A stretch of DNA of 64,000 nucleotides, from the NCBI GenBank assembly GCA_903845935.1, contig CAIMZI010000023.1:693-64692 (forward strand), read 5' to 3'. Origin of the DNA: an uncultured beta proteobacterium (GTDB lineage: Bacteria; Pseudomonadota; Gammaproteobacteria; Burkholderiales; Burkholderiaceae_C). This document shows positions 53,535 through 63,027 of this stretch, piece after piece. Below the pieces are notes generated by a model. The model had not been told where the DNA came from and did no database searches. It saw only the letters and a program-made list of their open reading frames with translations. The translations under genes were made by a program, and so were the position numbers. Every line of letters begins with the position of its first letter. The first letter of the stretch is position 1.

Positions 53535-55742
53535 ATGACTGAGAGTTTTGATAAAAAGATTCACGTCGGCAGGTCCGACGCCGTCTCAGATTTCGGTGAA
53601 ATGGGTTACCTGGATGGAGTCGGTGTGGAGTTGCAAACAGTGAAAGCCGGAGACACGATGACTTTAATTGAACGCGGCGCCGCTGGTGGAACGGGCTGTA
53701 GGCCCTTAAACAGCCCACCCTTAAATAGCCCTGAGCATGAGACACTGATAGGTTCCTCGCGCCAGCGCTCCCATGCCTTTGGCTTGCAGGAGCGCGATGC
53801 GCCAGACTTTTCGGCGGCCAGCCACTCTTTGGTCAATCAGGCGCTGGAGGAGAACCGTTTCCTGTACCAGCATGCAGCGCCCATCATGGAGACGCTGTAC
53901 CAGCAGATTGCCAACACCCAGAGCATGGTGTTGTTGACCACCCGCAAGGGCCTGGTACTGCACTCGCTGGGCGACGCCGATTTTCTGGAAAAGGCCTCGC
54001 TGGTCGCCCTGCGTCCCGGCGTGGACTGGTCGGAGCAAAGCAAGGGGACCAATGCCATTGGCACGGCCCTGGCCGAGGAGCATCCGGTGGTGGTGCATGG
54101 CGCCCAGCATTATCTACAGGCCAATCGCTTTCTCACCTGCTCCTGCACCCCGATTTTTGACCCCTATGGCAAGGTCATAGGCGCACTGGATGTGACCGGT
54201 GACCACCGCAGTTACCACCAGCACACCATGGCACTGGCGCGCATGTCCACGCAGATGATTGAAAACCATATGTATGCCGCCGTGTTCCCCAAGGAGGTCA
54301 TAGTCCGCTTTCACGCCCGGGCCGAATTCCTCGACACACTGATGGAAGGCCTGGCCGTCTTCACTGCCGACGGACGCTTTGTCACCGCCAACCGCAGCGC
54401 CCAGTTTCAGCTCGGGCTGTCAAGCAATGCCATGGGCGCACATACCTTCTCGTCCCTGTTCGGTATATCGATCTCGCAGTTTCATGACCGGGTGCGCGGC
54501 GCTGGTACCCGGCCTATCACCCTGTGCATGCACAACGGCGTGACGGTGTGCTGTATCAGTGACCTGAAATCCAGACGCACATTCGAAGTGATGGACTTTG
54601 GCCAGGCTCAGCGCACGCATGCAAGCCAAGCCGCTCCAGCGCCCACTATTCCCACGCCCATGCCAAATCCTGCGACGCCAGCGGCCCAGGCTGGCTTGGG
54701 CAAGGAATCCCTGTCCAGCCTGCGCTACCTGGACACCGGAGACCCCCAGGTGGCCGCCGTCATACAGAAATTGCACAAGGTTCGTGGCCGGGACATTCCG
54801 GTGATGATTCTGGGCGAAACCGGCACCGGCAAGGACTTGCTGGCCCAAGCCATTCACAACGACTCGCCGCGCGCCGCTGCGAACTTTGTGTCGGTCAATT
54901 GCGCCTCGATTCCCGAAACGCTGATCGAATCTGAATTGTTTGGCTATGAAGAGGGCGCCTTCACCGGGGCCAAGCGCAAAGGCTCGGTTGGCAAGGTACT
55001 GTTTGCCAATGGCGGCACCTTGTTTCTGGACGAAATTGGTGACATGCCCAAGCATTTGCAGGCGCGCCTGCTGCGCGTGCTGCAAGAGCGCAAGGTCAGC
55101 CCACTGGGTGCGGGCAAGGAGGTCGAGGTGGATGTGGCGGTGATTTGTGCCACCAACAAGAACCTCAAGGAAATGATTGCACGCGGCGAGTTTCGCGAAG
55201 ACCTGTACTACCGCTTGAACGGCCTGGTGGTGCGTCTGCCCGCACTGCGTGAGCGCCAGGACTTGGAGGTGGTGACGCGCAAGATTCTCGCCAGCGTCTG
55301 CCACTCCGCCACGCCCATAGGCATCGCCGATGAAGTGATGGCCCTGTTCCACCAATTTCCATGGCCCGGCAATTTCCGCCAGCTCTTCAATCTGCTACGC
55401 ACGGCCGTGGTAATGGTGGGTTGCTCCCACAACATCGAGATGGAAGACCTGCCCGACGACTTTCTGGAGGAAGTCCAGATGGCCGATATGGTGTTGCCGC
55501 GCACCACGGTGAGCCGGGTCGACCTGAAGAACACCGCACCCGAAACCATGAAAGAGGCGGTTCGCGAAAGGTCACCTCAGCCATTTGAATCCCACAAGCT
55601 GGAAAACGTCGCACTAGATGCCATGGCTCAAGCCCTGCGCTCCACGGGTGGCAATGTGTCGGTGGCGGCCAAGATGCTGGGGGTATCGCGCAACACGATC
55701 TACCGCAAAAAGGCCTTGCTACCGGCCGATGTCTGGGACTGA
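53535..55742 (+). CDS. sigma-54-dependent transcriptional activator, AcoR-like (GAF sensor + AAA+ + Fis HTH)
   Basis: GGAG 8 nt upstream of the ATG. It has a GAF-like region (WSEQSKGTNAIGTAL...ALDVTGD). The AAA+ domain has Walker A (GETGTGKD), ESELFGYEEGAFTGA (the GAFTGA loop) and RFPWPGNFRQL. The C-terminal HTH is GGNVSVAAKMLGVSRNTIYRK. Confidence 0.85.
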   Translation: MTESFDKKIHVGRSDAVSDFGEMGYLDGVGVELQTVKAGDTMTLIERGAAGGTGCRPLNSPPLNSPEHETLIGSSRQRSHAFGLQERDAPDFSAASHSLVNQALEENRFLYQHAAPIMETLYQQIANTQSMVLLTTRKGLVLHSLGDADFLEKASLVALRPGVDWSEQSKGTNAIGTALAEEHPVVVHGAQHYLQANRFLTCSCTPIFDPYGKVIGALDVTGDHRSYHQHTMALARMSTQMIENHMYAAVFPKEVIVRFHARAEFLDTLMEGLAVFTADGRFVTANRSAQFQLGLSSNAMGAHTFSSLFGISISQFHDRVRGAGTRPITLCMHNGVTVCCISDLKSRRTFEVMDFGQAQRTHASQAAPAPTIPTPMPNPATPAAQAGLGKESLSSLRYLDTGDPQVAAVIQKLHKVRGRDIPVMILGETGTGKDLLAQAIHNDSPRAAANFVSVNCASIPETLIESELFGYEEGAFTGAKRKGSVGKVLFANGGTLFLDEIGDMPKHLQARLLRVLQERKVSPLGAGKEVEVDVAVICATNKNLKEMIARGEFREDLYYRLNGLVVRLPALRERQDLEVVTRKILASVCHSATPIGIADEVMALFHQFPWPGNFRQLFNLLRTAVVMVGCSHNIEMEDLPDDFLEEVQMADMVLPRTTVSRVDLKNTAPETMKEAVRERSPQPFESHKLENVALDAMAQALRSTGGNVSVAAKMLGVSRNTIYRKKALLPADVWD

Positions 55743-55873
55743 TATTTACTGCCCCAGGGCGGGCCCCCTAAAGCTCGCGCAGCTAAGCACGCCATTGTTG
55801 GTCGGCCTGGCAAAGCCAGCGGCAGGGATTTGGATGAGTCCCAAGCCTTTTTCACCAATCGGAGAGCCGTGGT

Positions 55874-56746
55874 TCAATGTGCCACTTCGTAGCTTTTGCC
55901 TAGCGCTAACAGCGCCGGTGTTTCTAGCATCGCATTCAGTCCATCAAAGTCCAACATGCGGCTTTGCCAGGGCGCGGTGGTTTGCTGCGCCTGCAGGCTG
56001 GCGTAATAGCCCTGCAGCGTGTGGACCACGGCACGGGCGGTGCCGCCGGGGAAGATGACGATGCGAAAGCCGATGTCTTCCAGCGCCTGGGCGCTCTGCA
56101 CCGGTGTCTTGCCACCTTCCACCATATTCGCCAGCAGCGGCACGCGAGCGGCAAAGCGCGCACAGGCGGCTTGCATCTGTTCGGGGCTGCGCAGGGCTTC
56201 GATGAAGAGGGCGTCCACGCCGCAGGCCAGGTAGCGCTCGGCGCGCTCCAGCGCAGCGTCCAGCCCTTCCACGGCCACGGCGTCGGTGCGCGCCAGGATC
56301 AGGGTCTTGCTGCTGCGCCGCGCATCGAGTGCGGCCTGCAACTTGCCGCACATCTCGGCCACGGGGATCACGCCCTTGCCGTCCAGATGGCCGCAACGCT
56401 TGGGAAAGGTCTGGTCCTCGATCTGGATCATGGCGGCACCGGCGCGCTCAAAGTCGCGCACCGTGCGCTGGGTGTTGAGCGCATTGCCGAAGCCGGTGTC
56501 GGCATCGACGATCACCGGCAGGTCCACGCGGTCTGTGATATGGGCCAGGGTTTGCGCCACCTCGGTAGCGGTGGTCAGGCCCACGTCCGAGCGGCCCAGC
56601 CGCGTGTAGGCAATCGAGGCGCCCGACAGGTACAGCGCCTCGAAGCCGGCCTGTTGCGCCACCAGCGCGGTGAGTGCGTCATAGACGCCGGGGGCGAGCA
56701 GGGCTCGGGGCTGTTGCAGGCGCTGGGCCAGTGAAACAGTGCTCAT
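55874..56746 (-). CDS. isocitrate lyase / PEP mutase family enzyme (2-methylisocitrate-lyase / carboxyvinyl-carboxyphosphonate phosphorylmutase-like)
   Basis: ORF 55874-57070 trimmed to ATG 56746 (ATGA overlap with the upstream stop). Motifs APGVYDALTALVAQQAGFEALYLSG, VDADTGFGN and IEDQTFPKRCGHLDGK. Confidence 0.8.
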   Translation of the reverse strand: MSTVSLAQRLQQPRALLAPGVYDALTALVAQQAGFEALYLSGASIAYTRLGRSDVGLTTATEVAQTLAHITDRVDLPVIVDADTGFGNALNTQRTVRDFERAGAAMIQIEDQTFPKRCGHLDGKGVIPVAEMCGKLQAALDARRSSKTLILARTDAVAVEGLDAALERAERYLACGVDALFIEALRSPEQMQAACARFAARVPLLANMVEGGKTPVQSAQALEDIGFRIVIFPGGTARAVVHTLQGYYASLQAQQTTAPWQSRMLDFDGLNAMLETPALLALGKSYEVAH

Positions 56747-58170
56747 GCGGAGGTGTCCTTGATCGGTGCTTGGGCCACGAGTTGTTGTGCCGTCTGCGCG
56801 GCGATATGGCCACCGGCCACGGCGCTGAGCAGGCCGTTGCCGGACAGGTAGCCCCACACCGTATTGCCGGAAACGCCGCGCGCAGCTCCACCGGCCGCCA
56901 GCAGGTTGGGGAAGGCCGTGCCGTCGCTGCGCAGCACCTGCATGGCGGCGTTGATGTCCAGCCCGCCTTGCGTGTGGAACAGCGCGCCGGTGACGCGGAT
57001 GGCGTGCAACGGTGTCTGCAGTGCGCGCTTGAAACGGCGACCGGTGACCGGCTCCATACCTTCGCTGCATTGCGCCAGCGTCGCCTGCAGATCCACCAGC
57101 GGGCAGCCGATGAGTTGCGCCAGCGCGGCCGCATCGGCGCAGTGCTGCACCGCGCCGGCGGCCTGCGCCTCGACAAAATCCGGGAACTGCTGGGCAAAGT
57201 CCAGCAGCGCAGCATCAAACACATTCCAGGCCACACCGCCCGGCTGCGCCAGCACATGCACTGCAGCCTCCGAGTAGCCCTGGGTCTCGTCGTGAAAGCG
57301 TTGACCCAAGGCGTTGACCTGTATGCCACCCTCTGTCATCAGCGCCCAGGAAATCAGCGCGCCCTGCGGTATGGCCCAGGAACCGTGGCCCTGGTAGGCG
57401 CTCAGGTCGGCCAGCTGCGCGCCCAGTGCCCGGCCCCAGAGCACGGCGCTGCCGTCGTTGCCGGTGTGGCCGGCATAGGTGGCCTCGGCCATTTCCGGCA
57501 AGAGTTCCTGCACCAGGGCCGGCGCGCCACCAAAGCCGTTGCAGGCCAGCAGCAGCACATCGCAGCGCAGGCGTTCGGTGCTGCCGTCCGGCCGCACATA
57601 GCCAATGCCGTGCACGCGTTGCTCGGCATCACACCAGAGCTCGGTCACGCGGGCCTGCGTCAGCACCGGCACTGCTGCGGTATCGGCGGCGGCCAACAGG
57701 CGGCTCATCAGGCCGGAGCCGGTTTTCTCGGGCACGCAATGCATGCGGTAGCTGCTGTGGCCGGGATACAGAAAACCGTCCAACACCTGCCAGGGAATGC
57801 CGTGCGCTGCTTCCAGCGCGTCCAGTGCCGGGGCAATGGCTTGGGCATAGGCTTCGGCCAGCAATGGTGCCGACAGACCGTGGCTTTTGGCCTGGATATC
57901 GGCTATGAATTGTTCCGGGCTGTCCTGCACGCCCAGCGCCTGCTGCGCCCTGGTACCCGGTGCCGGGATAAAGCCGGACGACAGCGCCGTGGAGCCCCGC
58001 GCAAACGCATCGCGCTCCAGCAGCACGCAGTCCACGCCCAGGCGCTGCAGGGCCAGCGCGGCGGTCAAGCCGCAGGCGCCGGCGCCGACGATGGCTACCG
58101 GCACATGGGTGTCGGCATGCAAGTCGGCCGCAGCGCAAATGCGGGGCTGCGCGCCGTCAGTGACCGGCAT
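56743..58170 (-). CDS. FAD-binding oxidoreductase (fumarate reductase/succinate dehydrogenase flavoprotein-like; TcuA/KstD-like fold)
   Basis: 475 aa with the dinucleotide motif VAIVGAGACGLTAAL. The C-terminal GGLDINAAMQVL...NLLAAGGAARGVSG is typical of the FAD_binding_2 family. Confidence 0.7.
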   Translation of the reverse strand: MPVTDGAQPRICAAADLHADTHVPVAIVGAGACGLTAALALQRLGVDCVLLERDAFARGSTALSSGFIPAPGTRAQQALGVQDSPEQFIADIQAKSHGLSAPLLAEAYAQAIAPALDALEAAHGIPWQVLDGFLYPGHSSYRMHCVPEKTGSGLMSRLLAAADTAAVPVLTQARVTELWCDAEQRVHGIGYVRPDGSTERLRCDVLLLACNGFGGAPALVQELLPEMAEATYAGHTGNDGSAVLWGRALGAQLADLSAYQGHGSWAIPQGALISWALMTEGGIQVNALGQRFHDETQGYSEAAVHVLAQPGGVAWNVFDAALLDFAQQFPDFVEAQAAGAVQHCADAAALAQLIGCPLVDLQATLAQCSEGMEPVTGRRFKRALQTPLHAIRVTGALFHTQGGLDINAAMQVLRSDGTAFPNLLAAGGAARGVSGNTVWGYLSGNGLLSAVAGGHIAAQTAQQLVAQAPIKDTSA

Positions 58171-58771
58171 GGCTTACCTGCTGCAAAAACGTGGCGCTGT
58201 CCATCACCTCTGCCACCGAGGCCATATCGGTCAGTGCGGCCTGGTGCGCGCTGTCGCTAAAGGCGGCGCAGCCGTCCGACAGCACGATGACGTGGTAGTC
58301 ACGCACATGGGCATCGCGCACCGTGCTGGCGACACCGCCATTGGTGACGATGCCACAGACCACCAACGTGTCGACACCGGCCTTTCTCAGCAGCCAGTCG
58401 AGCTGGGTGTTGAAGAAGGCGGAATAGGCCACCTTGCACACCGACACATCGACGCAGGGCAGCAACAAGTCCACATTGGCCTGGCCGCGGCTGCCGGGGG
58501 CGAAGTCGCCCTTGCGCAAAAACGGCCGGCGTTCTTTGAGGTGGGCCGAGATCATGGGTTCACCCTTGGCATCGGGCCAGAGCGTGAACAGGCTGGCCGT
58601 GACCAGCCCGCCCTGGCGCTTGATGGCGCGCGCCACCGGCTCCATGCGCGTCGGCAGGGCCTGTGCCGCACTGCTGGCCGTATGGCCGCGGGCATAGGCA
58701 CCGTCGGGCGCCAGAAAGTCGTTCTGCAGGTCAACGATGACCATGCCGAGTTTGGCTTGTGCCAGGTTCAT
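58157..58771 (-). CDS. isochorismatase-family hydrolase (lacks the usual nucleophilic Cys)
   Basis: ORF 58157-58957 trimmed to ATG 58771 (ATGA overlap with the hyuA stop). Motifs VIVDLQNDF, KVAYSAFF and LVVCGIVTNGGVASTVRDA. Confidence 0.75.
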   Translation of the reverse strand: MNLAQAKLGMVIVDLQNDFLAPDGAYARGHTASSAAQALPTRMEPVARAIKRQGGLVTASLFTLWPDAKGEPMISAHLKERRPFLRKGDFAPGSRGQANVDLLLPCVDVSVCKVAYSAFFNTQLDWLLRKAGVDTLVVCGIVTNGGVASTVRDAHVRDYHVIVLSDGCAAFSDSAHQAALTDMASVAEVMDSATFLQQVSHAGH

Positions 58772-60864
58772 GCGGCGTCTCCTTGTTCCCCAGGCTCGCG
58801 GCGTTGCACCAGCAGATTGCCCAGCGCATCCACGCGCGCCGTGAACTCCGGCTCCAGCCACACCGTGGTGTCGGGCTGCTCCAGAATCGCCGGGCCTTGC
58901 ACGATGGCTCCGACCGGCAGGTCCAGCCGCGCAAAGCGCTGCGCCGTCCACCAGCACCCGGCGTGGTAGACCTGCTGCTCGCCCAGGACTTGGGTGCTGC
59001 CCACACCCTGTGGCGCCAATACCGCCAGATCAAATTTGGGGCGGCGGCCGATGCGGGCGTAGCGCAGGTTCATCACGCGGATCACCGGGCCTTGCAGCAC
59101 GCGGCCGAAGGCATGGCGGTACGCCACTTCAAACGCCGCCAGCAGGCCCTGCGTGTTCAGCTGTTCGCGGCCGACGGCCACTTGCAGCGTGTGGGTTTGG
59201 CCGGTGTAGAGCATGTCAAAGCTCAGCACCTCGTCCACACGCTTGAACTGCACGCCGGCCGAATCGAGCCGGGTCTGGCAGGCCAGCGCCAGCGCATCCA
59301 CGCGCTGGATCAGCGTGGCCCAATCGACTTCGGGCAGGCCCACGTTCAACGTCTGCACGGCGTCGTGGCGCATGTCGGCCATCACACAGCCCAGGGCCGA
59401 GGTGACGCCGGGGTAGCGCGGCACGATGCCGGTGGTAACGCCGACGTCGCGCATCATGGCGCAGACGTGCAGGCCACCACCACCGCCAAACGGCATGTAG
59501 GCAAAGGCACGCGGATCGTGGCCGCGCTCAATGGACACCAGGCGGATGGCACCGGCCATGCGTGCGTTGGCCACCGTCAGAATCGCCTCGGCCGCCGCCA
59601 GTGTGCTGATGCCCAGTGGCTCGGCCACTTCTCTTGCAATCGCTGCTTCGGACAGGCCGGCATTGAGGGCCTGCAGCAAGCCGCCACCCAATGGCCGGTT
59701 GGCCGCAATGCGGCCCAGCAGCACGTTCGCGTCCGTCACCGTGGGGCGCTGGTTGCCGCGGCCGTAGCAGGCGGGGCCGGGGATGGAGCCCGCAGACTCC
59801 GGCCCGACCTGCAACATGCCACCGGCATCCACCGAGGCAATCGAGCCGCCGCCGGCGCCTATGGTTTCAATCTGAATCATCGGCGAGCGCACCACCAGCC
59901 CGAAGGCAATCGAGGTTTGCGCCGCCAAGGCCGCCTCGCCCGCGGCCACCAGCGACACGTCAAACGAGGTGCCGCCAATGTCACCGGTGATGACGTTGGG
60001 AAAGCCGGCAGCGCGGGCAATCTCGGCGCAGGCCATGACACCCGCAGCCGGGCCGGACAGGGCCGTGCGCACCGGCACATCACAAGCCGTCTCGCGCGAC
60101 ATCACGCCGCCATTGCTTTGCACAATCAGCAACTCGCCGCCAAAGCCCTGGGCGCGCAGATCGCTGTCCAGGCGCTGCAAATAGCTGCCCACCACCGGCT
60201 GCAACGCGGCGTTGAGCGTGGCCGTAGAGCAGCGTTCAAACTCGCGGATTTCCGGCAGCACTTCGCTGGCGGCGGTGACAAAAGCATTGGGCCAAATCTC
60301 GCGCACCGCAGCCACGGCTGCCTGCTCGTTACGCGGGTTGGCATAGGCGTGCACAAAGAACACACACACCGCTTCGCAGCCCTCACTCAGCAGGGCGCGG
60401 GCTTGCGCACGCACCTGCTCCAGGTCCACGGCTGTGTGGATGCTGCCATCGGCCAGCACGCGCTCGTCGACTTCCAGGCGCCAGGCGCGTGGCACCACCG
60501 GCGTGTAGCTGCCGCGCAGGCCCCAGGTCTGTGGCCGGTCGCGGCGGCGCATTTCCAGTACATCGCGAAAGCCGCGCGTGGTGATGATGCCGGTCTTGGC
60601 AATCTTGCGTTCCAGCAGCGCGTTGGTGCCCACAGTGGTGCCGTGCACGATGGTCGCAATGCCGCTGGCGCCATCGGCCCCATCCGAGCCGGTCACGCGC
60701 TGGATGCCGTTCATGAAGCCGCGTGCTTCCTCGCCGCGCGTGGAGGGCACCTTGACGATGCGCGCCTTTCCCGTGGCCTCGTCCAGCACAAAGAGGTCGG
60801 TAAAGGTGCCGCCTACGTCCACGCCCACAATCCAGTGGGGTTTGGGGTTTACGCCCTGTGTCAT
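58768..60864 (-). CDS. hydantoinase/oxoprolinase family protein, A subunit
   Basis: ORF 58768-61029 trimmed to ATG 60864 (ATGA overlap with the hyuB stop). The product starts with WIVGVDVGGTFTDLFV and has DIGGTSFDVS, the HyuA signatures. Confidence 0.85.
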   Translation of the reverse strand: MTQGVNPKPHWIVGVDVGGTFTDLFVLDEATGKARIVKVPSTRGEEARGFMNGIQRVTGSDGADGASGIATIVHGTTVGTNALLERKIAKTGIITTRGFRDVLEMRRRDRPQTWGLRGSYTPVVPRAWRLEVDERVLADGSIHTAVDLEQVRAQARALLSEGCEAVCVFFVHAYANPRNEQAAVAAVREIWPNAFVTAASEVLPEIREFERCSTATLNAALQPVVGSYLQRLDSDLRAQGFGGELLIVQSNGGVMSRETACDVPVRTALSGPAAGVMACAEIARAAGFPNVITGDIGGTSFDVSLVAAGEAALAAQTSIAFGLVVRSPMIQIETIGAGGGSIASVDAGGMLQVGPESAGSIPGPACYGRGNQRPTVTDANVLLGRIAANRPLGGGLLQALNAGLSEAAIAREVAEPLGISTLAAAEAILTVANARMAGAIRLVSIERGHDPRAFAYMPFGGGGGLHVCAMMRDVGVTTGIVPRYPGVTSALGCVMADMRHDAVQTLNVGLPEVDWATLIQRVDALALACQTRLDSAGVQFKRVDEVLSFDMLYTGQTHTLQVAVGREQLNTQGLLAAFEVAYRHAFGRVLQGPVIRVMNLRYARIGRRPKFDLAVLAPQGVGSTQVLGEQQVYHAGCWWTAQRFARLDLPVGAIVQGPAILEQPDTTVWLEPEFTARVDALGNLLVQRREPGEQGDAA

Positions 60865-62534
60865 GTGTTCTCCCGGGTGTAACCCAATGCAATGTCGTTG
60901 GCTCGGTCTTGCGCGCTGCGCAGTGCCGGGTCGCCCCAGCCGCCGCCGCCGGGTGTTTGCAGGCGCACGCGGTCGCCCTTCTTCAATTGAATGCCCAGCA
61001 TCTTGGAGAGCATGGGCGGGCGTTTCCATTCACCGTTCTGGCAGTACTCAAAGACATTCGGCAGGGCCGGCTTGCCGCCATGGATGCCTTGCGGAGCCAC
61101 CTTGCTGCGCTCGCCAAAGACAAAGGCCTCGGCGCTGTCTTCGAGCAGCTCGATTTCATAGATCGCACCCAGGCCGCCACGGTGCTGGCCGTCGCCGCCC
61201 GAGCCGGGGCGCAAGGCCCATTGCGTGAAGCGCACCGGGTAGGCGGCTTCCAAAATTTCCAGCGGCGGAATGGTGGCGGTGGAGATGGGCGCGTTGCCGT
61301 GCGACAGGCCGTCGCCATCCGAATGCCCGCCATGGCCGCCACCAAAAAAGCTGAACATCACCCAGCGCTGGCCCGCGCGTTTGGCATCCGTGCGGTGCCC
61401 GGCAATCGACAGCGCATTGATGGTGCCGTAGGCATGGGCCACGGCGCGGTAAGGATCGGCGAGTGCGGTGGCGCTGAAGATCACATCGATCATGCGCAAA
61501 ATGGTTTCGGTGTAACCCCCCACTGGGCGCGGGCGCGAGGCGCTGATTACCAGCCCGTCGGGAATCACAAAATCCACCGCGTCCAGCACACCGGCATTGG
61601 CCGGCACATCCGGAAACACATGCTTGAGTGCCACATAGCAGGCGGCCACGGCGGTGGCACGCGAGATGTTCACGGGCCCCGCGCATTGCGCCGAGGTGCG
61701 CGAAAAATCCAGCGTCAGGCGCTCGCCTGCCACCGTCATGTCCAGCGCAATCGTCAACGTGTTATCCACCACGCCGTCGTTGTCCAGCACGTCTTCAAAA
61801 CTGTAGCGGCCATCCGACAGGCTGGCGATGTGCGAGCGCATCAGGCGCAAGGCGCGCGCGCGCAACTCCACCAGCGCACTGGCCACAGTCGCATCGCCGT
61901 ATTCGTCCAGCAGGCCGTCCAGCCGCTTGGCACCGAGTTCGAGCGCGGCGAGCTGGCCGTTCAGATCACCCCACAGACTGTCGGGCAGGCGGGTGTTGGC
62001 GCGCAGGATGGCCAGCACGTCTTCATCGAGCTGGTTTGCGCGCAGAATGCGCACCGGCGGAATCTGCACCGCCTCCTGCCAGCATTCGGTGGCGGCCGGG
62101 TTGTAGTTGCCGGGCACCGCGCCGCCGACGTCATGCCAGTGCGCAGCCGAGGCCAAAAAGCAATACAACGCACCACCACGAAAACAGGGCCGCACCAGCT
62201 TGAAGTCGTTGGCATGCGTGCCACCCTCGTACGGGTCGTTGAACAGCCAGACGTCGCCATCCTGCATGCCGGTGCCACGTTCGGCGGCCACGCGCATGGC
62301 GGCGCGCACGGCAAAGGCCATCGCGCCGACAAACACCGGCAGTCCGGACTTGCCCTGGATCAGCGTGTCGCCGGTCTGCGCGTCATACAGGCCGTGGCAG
62401 GCGTCGTGCGCCTCGGCAATGATGGGGTTGAACGCGCTGCGGTACAGCGTGGCGTCCATCTCGTCGGCAATCTGCTCCAGCCGCCCGCGCAGCACCGCAA
62501 GCGTCACCGGATCCAAAACCTTTTCAGCCACCAT
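60861..62534 (-). CDS. hydantoinase B/oxoprolinase family protein, B subunit
   Basis: Trimmed to ATG 62534 (AGGAG 8 nt upstream). MVAEKVLDPVTLAVLRGRLEQIADEMDATLYRSAFNPIIAEAHDACHGLYD is the canonical HyuB N-terminus. Confidence 0.85.
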   Translation of the reverse strand: MVAEKVLDPVTLAVLRGRLEQIADEMDATLYRSAFNPIIAEAHDACHGLYDAQTGDTLIQGKSGLPVFVGAMAFAVRAAMRVAAERGTGMQDGDVWLFNDPYEGGTHANDFKLVRPCFRGGALYCFLASAAHWHDVGGAVPGNYNPAATECWQEAVQIPPVRILRANQLDEDVLAILRANTRLPDSLWGDLNGQLAALELGAKRLDGLLDEYGDATVASALVELRARALRLMRSHIASLSDGRYSFEDVLDNDGVVDNTLTIALDMTVAGERLTLDFSRTSAQCAGPVNISRATAVAACYVALKHVFPDVPANAGVLDAVDFVIPDGLVISASRPRPVGGYTETILRMIDVIFSATALADPYRAVAHAYGTINALSIAGHRTDAKRAGQRWVMFSFFGGGHGGHSDGDGLSHGNAPISTATIPPLEILEAAYPVRFTQWALRPGSGGDGQHRGGLGAIYEIELLEDSAEAFVFGERSKVAPQGIHGGKPALPNVFEYCQNGEWKRPPMLSKMLGIQLKKGDRVRLQTPGGGGWGDPALRSAQDRANDIALGYTRENT

Positions 62535-63027
62535 GGGGTGCACTCCTGTTGCGTTGTTTGAGCAGTGCCAGCAAACCGCCGGCCTGCACCATGTCCATTA
62601 AAAAACCGGGGATGGGCGCGCAGTCCAGCGACTGCCCGTTGGCCGTGCGCACGCATGGGCCATCGGGAGGCAAAAGCAGTTGCACCCGCTCGCCCTCCTG
62701 CAGCTCGGCGGCATGCGGGCAGGTCAGCAGCAGCAGGCCGAGGTTGAAGGCGTTGCGAAAAAACAGGCCGCTGAACGAGGGCGCAATCACTGCCGCCACG
62801 CCCAGGTGGCGCAGCGCACCGGCGGCCTGCTCGCGCGAGGAGCCGATGCCAAAGTTGGCGCCGGCGGCCAGCACGTCGCCTGTCTGCACACCGGTGGCAA
62901 AGTCCGGCCGCACGGCTTGCAGGCAATGCTGCGCAATCACGTCGATGCCGTGCTTCATGTAAGCGCCAGGTGCCAGCACATCGGTGTCGATGTCGGCGCC
63001 CACGCGCCACACGCGCGAACTGCTCAT
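62524..63027 (-). CDS. aconitase-family dehydratase small subunit (LeuD-like)
   Basis: 167 aa with GADIDTDVLAPGAYM and GANFGIGSSREQAAGAL, the LeuD/swivel-domain motifs. ATGA overlap with the large-subunit stop. Confidence 0.8.
   Translation of the reverse strand: MSSSRVWRVGADIDTDVLAPGAYMKHGIDVIAQHCLQAVRPDFATGVQTGDVLAAGANFGIGSSREQAAGALRHLGVAAVIAPSFSGLFFRNAFNLGLLLLTCPHAAELQEGERVQLLLPPDGPCVRTANGQSLDCAPIPGFLMDMVQAGGLLALLKQRNRSAPHGG

Noticed and set aside
53703-53732. 15-nt tandem duplication (cccttaaaNagcccN x2) encoding PLNSP-PLNSP in the activator N-terminus
   Set aside because: It is a small in-frame duplication in a poorly conserved N-terminal extension, with no evidence of function.
58759-62561. 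Plus-strand ORFs of 707 aa and 567 aa opposite hyuA/hyuB (also 56674-58260 opposite the FAD oxidoreductase)
   Set aside because: They are antisense to genes with canonical hydantoinase/flavoprotein motifs. The minus-strand genes are translationally coupled, which fixes the coding strand.
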